From: Thermoplasmatota archaeon
Lineage (GTDB): Archaea > Thermoplasmatota > Penumbrarchaeia > Penumbrarchaeales > Penumbrarchaeaceae
Reading direction: 5' to 3'
Length of the DNA stretch: 64,000 nucleotides
NCBI GenBank assembly: GCA_965234725.1
Contig: CBDDUX010000003.1
Location: forward strand, 32,001-96,000
Part shown: positions 61,745 to 64,000 of the stretch, in pieces
How the letters are laid out: the number at the start of each line of letters is the position of its first letter
Numbering within the stretch: position 1 is the stretch's first letter
Notes under the pieces: generated by a model
Seen by the model: only the letters and a program-made list of their open reading frames with translations
Told to the model about the DNA's origin: nothing
Databases searched by the model: none
Translations under genes and position numbers: made by a program

Positions 61745-62368
61745 CTATTCGGGGTAGAGGTAGAGAGGAACATCAGACGACCTCATCGAACACATCTTCC
61801 TTTCCAATCTTCCTATCTCATTTCCGTCCTTGAAGACTGTAATAGTTCCACTGCTGGAGAGGACGACCGCGACAGTTCTTGTTCTTTTGGTGATGAACCT
61901 TGCCGCTCTCCATCTTGTTCCTGAGCCTTTTCCCTTTCTCCTTTCGAAATCAAACTCGATTTCACCACATTCAGGTCCTCTGACGTTGATCATCCTTCCC
62001 GCATAGTGGACGAAACCTCGCGAATCGAAGACCATTGCTCCATCCATCTGGGTAAAGGATTCAATTGTGGGGATCTGATCATGGTCTCCAATATTGATAT
62101 CTTTCCACCCTTTAAATGGATTGATTATCATCTGGGTGGAATTCCTTCTGATACCCTCGATATCCCCCACAAGATAAAGGGCTCCGACGGACCTTCCTTC
62201 ATACCCTTTTAGAGAAAGGCCCATAAGGATCTCCATCGCATTCCTCACAGTGGTACCTTTTGTCCCCTTCAGACATAGACCCTCCATTATTGCAGATAGA
62301 TCACCCTGAAGGCAGAGAAGATGTACATCATTGCCATCTTCCGAGTTCTCTCCTTTGAATGAAGACAT
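61745..62368 (-). CDS. Stand-alone diadenylate cyclase (DAC/DisA_N) domain protein with atypical active-site motifs
   Basis: EGRSVGALYLVGD, INPF.G, MDGAMV, GTRWRAA..IT..T..VAVVLS; resembles the DAC domain of archaeal DacZ-type proteins. Confidence 0.8.
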   Translation of the reverse strand: MSSFKGENSEDGNDVHLLCLQGDLSAIMEGLCLKGTKGTTVRNAMEILMGLSLKGYEGRSVGALYLVGDIEGIRRNSTQMIINPFKGWKDINIGDHDQIPTIESFTQMDGAMVFDSRGFVHYAGRMINVRGPECGEIEFDFERRKGKGSGTRWRAARFITKRTRTVAVVLSSSGTITVFKDGNEIGRLERKMCSMRSSDVPLYLYPE

Positions 62369-62434
62369 TGGATCCCACCGAAATTCTAATGGGAAGGACC
62401 GGGGTCCGATCTCTTCACCGAACCCCGTATCACA

Positions 62435-62869
62435 TCAGACCTTGTTCTCTGTATCCCCTTCAAGGTCATCATTCTCATCCAGATCATCCAATATGGACTT
62501 TCCGGAAACGCGGGTGGTAAGCGGTACCGTGGAGGGAAACTCCCTCATGCCATCCAATCTGTTTGCAAAGGAAAGGGTCCGTTCCAGATCGTTCGACAGG
62601 TATGAATCGAAAGCTTTGTGGAACATCTGTTGAGGCTCGGTTATGGCCCCTATCCTTATCAATTGGGTCAGGACATGTGTTTCCATGAGGTTAAGATCTA
62701 TCCTCAAGGAACTGGGTGTTTTCTCGCTCTCCACTTCCCTGATATACTGGATCAGTGCTTTTCTGACGTAATGGCTGACCGAGACATCCGTATCATCGGA
62801 AAGGACCTGGATACGATGAAGGAGCTCCGGTTCGATCTTCACTGTCATCTTGCTGGTAAGTCGAGGCAT
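62435..62869 (-). CDS. Ribbon-helix-helix (CopG-like) DNA-binding protein
   Basis: KMTVKIEPELLHRIQVLS....VSVSHYVRKALIQYI; SD GGAAGGTGG. Confidence 0.75.
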   Translation of the reverse strand: MPRLTSKMTVKIEPELLHRIQVLSDDTDVSVSHYVRKALIQYIREVESEKTPSSLRIDLNLMETHVLTQLIRIGAITEPQQMFHKAFDSYLSNDLERTLSFANRLDGMREFPSTVPLTTRVSGKSILDDLDENDDLEGDTENKV

Positions 62870-62954
62870 TGGCCCACCTTCCTGGTGCCTGTCAATGGGA
62901 TAGGACCTATCCTACCTCCCGCATGACATCCCTAAATCCCCCTTTGTCCAAAAT

Positions 62955-63049
62955 GGTAAGACGAAGGTAAGACCAATAATGACGTATATATAAATATAAC
63001 TTTCGGATACCTCTCCCCTTTCAGATAAAAAGTCATACAAAGGTCATAC
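62955..63049 (-). promoter_or_regulatory. TATA box flanked by opposed 11-bp-period GTA(A/T)GAC heptad pairs (candidate RHH operator)
   Basis: GGTAAGAC at 62955 and 62966; GTCATAC at 63032 and 63043; TTTATATATA on the minus strand at 62985-62994. Confidence 0.55.
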
Positions 63050-63087
63050 TTATTATTAAATTAGAAATTAGCCTGTTATGATCTATG

Positions 63088-63131
63088 AAAAAATAATTTG
63101 GATGGAAATGACCCAAAGGATCCTTTCCATC
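63088..63131 (-). terminator. Hairpin + U-rich tract at the end of the DUF655 gene
   Basis: Minus strand GATGGAAA-GGATCC-TTT-GGGTCA-TTTCCATC followed by CAAATTATTTTTT. Confidence 0.6.
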
Positions 63132-63675
63132 ATCTCTTGATGAAAAGGTGGTACTTCTGAGAATTGTCCTCCATCTCCTGAATGATCCTCTGAGAGAGAT
63201 GCTTTTCAGGATGATGCAGGTGTGTTCTCGAGTCAAGGTCCTGGAAATCCTTGAAAGGTCCTTTCTTCCTTTCTTCAATGATATGCCACATGGTCTTCTT
63301 CCCCAAACCAGGGACCAGTTCCAGCATATGTAGCCTGGTGGATATGGCCTGTGCCTCATTGAAGAATCGGACGAACTTCTCCTCATCTTTGATTATTATC
63401 TCCTCGAGAATATAGGGAAGTTCGGATTGTGCAGCAGCTGTCAGATCTGTGTAGTTAACACGTCTTTTAACGTGCTGGACCTTGTCCCGTAGTTCCAGTT
63501 CCTTCCCAATATATACCTTCTCTCCGATCATTAGACCGGCATTGGGTTTGGGTGAAAGCTCTAATAATTTGAACTCGGTCTCACCCAGACCGAATGCAAG
63601 AGGTTCTCTTTTGAACGTCTTCCTTTCGGGATGACCCTGCGGCAGATAATCCAAGATATAGGCATAATCCTCCAT
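63130..63675 (-). CDS. DUF655 family putative RNA-binding protein (archaeal conserved)
   Basis: MEDYAYILDYLPQG, GE..F.LLEL, L..AAQSEL, RLH.LEL.PGLGKK; follows rpoF. Confidence 0.92.
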   Translation of the reverse strand: MEDYAYILDYLPQGHPERKTFKREPLAFGLGETEFKLLELSPKPNAGLMIGEKVYIGKELELRDKVQHVKRRVNYTDLTAAAQSELPYILEEIIIKDEEKFVRFFNEAQAISTRLHMLELVPGLGKKTMWHIIEERKKGPFKDFQDLDSRTHLHHPEKHLSQRIIQEMEDNSQKYHLFIKR

Positions 63676-63695
63676 AAGCCATCCCTCCTATTCGA

Positions 63696-64000
63696 TCATA
63701 TCCTGTACTTGTCAACGGTAGCTATGATCTTCTTCAGTTCTTCCGGTTCCAGGGTGAACCTGTCCTTGGCAAAAACAGGCCTAAGTTCGGTTTCGTCCCT
63801 GGGCATTATCTCTGCGATCTTGAATGCGTGGATATCAGATACCCTTTCAATATCGGTCAGTTCCTTCATCATCTCATTCGCTTTTTCCTTGTCAATATGT
63901 TTTGTTCCTGAAACATGGTCCATAGTGGCCCTCTTCTCGAAACTGAGCTTGGATAGGGGGTCCAATTCTCCTTCATCCTCAGCTACATCTACGGATTCAT
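63696..64000 (-). CDS. rpoF: RNA polymerase subunit F (Rpo4); 5'-partial
   Basis: LSFEKR.T.DH, A.KIAEIMP...ELR.VFAKDRF.L..EEL..I; frame open to the window edge; conserved adjacency to DUF655. Confidence 0.85.
   Translation of the reverse strand, partial: ESVDVAEDEGELDPLSKLSFEKRATMDHVSGTKHIDKEKANEMMKELTDIERVSDIHAFKIAEIMPRDETELRPVFAKDRFTLEPEELKKIIATVDKYRI

Overview
Gene-dense archaeal chromosomal window. Archaeal markers are an archaeal-type ThrRS, RpoF plus DUF655, TATA boxes and GGTGA/GGAGG Shine-Dalgarno sites. Gingipain, clostripain and Ig-rich surface proteins suggest an uncultured proteolytic Thermoplasmatota-like lineage (inference). Contents in order: a partial PKD/Ig surface protein; sugar-nucleotide enzymes; a sulfate uptake/activation/sulfotransfer cluster (sulfotransferase, RHH regulator, sat, DHH phosphatase, cysC, SLC13 carrier, USP; divergent AbrB plus sbp-cysT-cysA); a 4-gene ABC exporter; an mcrB-mcrC-mcrB operon whose McrC has lost its nuclease catalytic residues; an HTH-5xPAS protein with a decayed sixth PAS domain; manC, a UbiA-family prenyltransferase, a phosphoesterase and mntP; surface proteins and peptidases; a bacterial-type RNase PH; paaK; a citrate cluster (aclBA converging on acn-citD-citE-citF-icd) whose CitD lacks the prosthetic-group serine; two tandem receiver-hemerythrin proteins with a zinc-ribbon insert; thrS; and an RHH / atypical diadenylate-cyclase-domain / coiled-coil unit. 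No CRISPR array, tRNA, rRNA, integrase or transposase was recognised. All product calls come from motif recognition by eye; no database searches were run.
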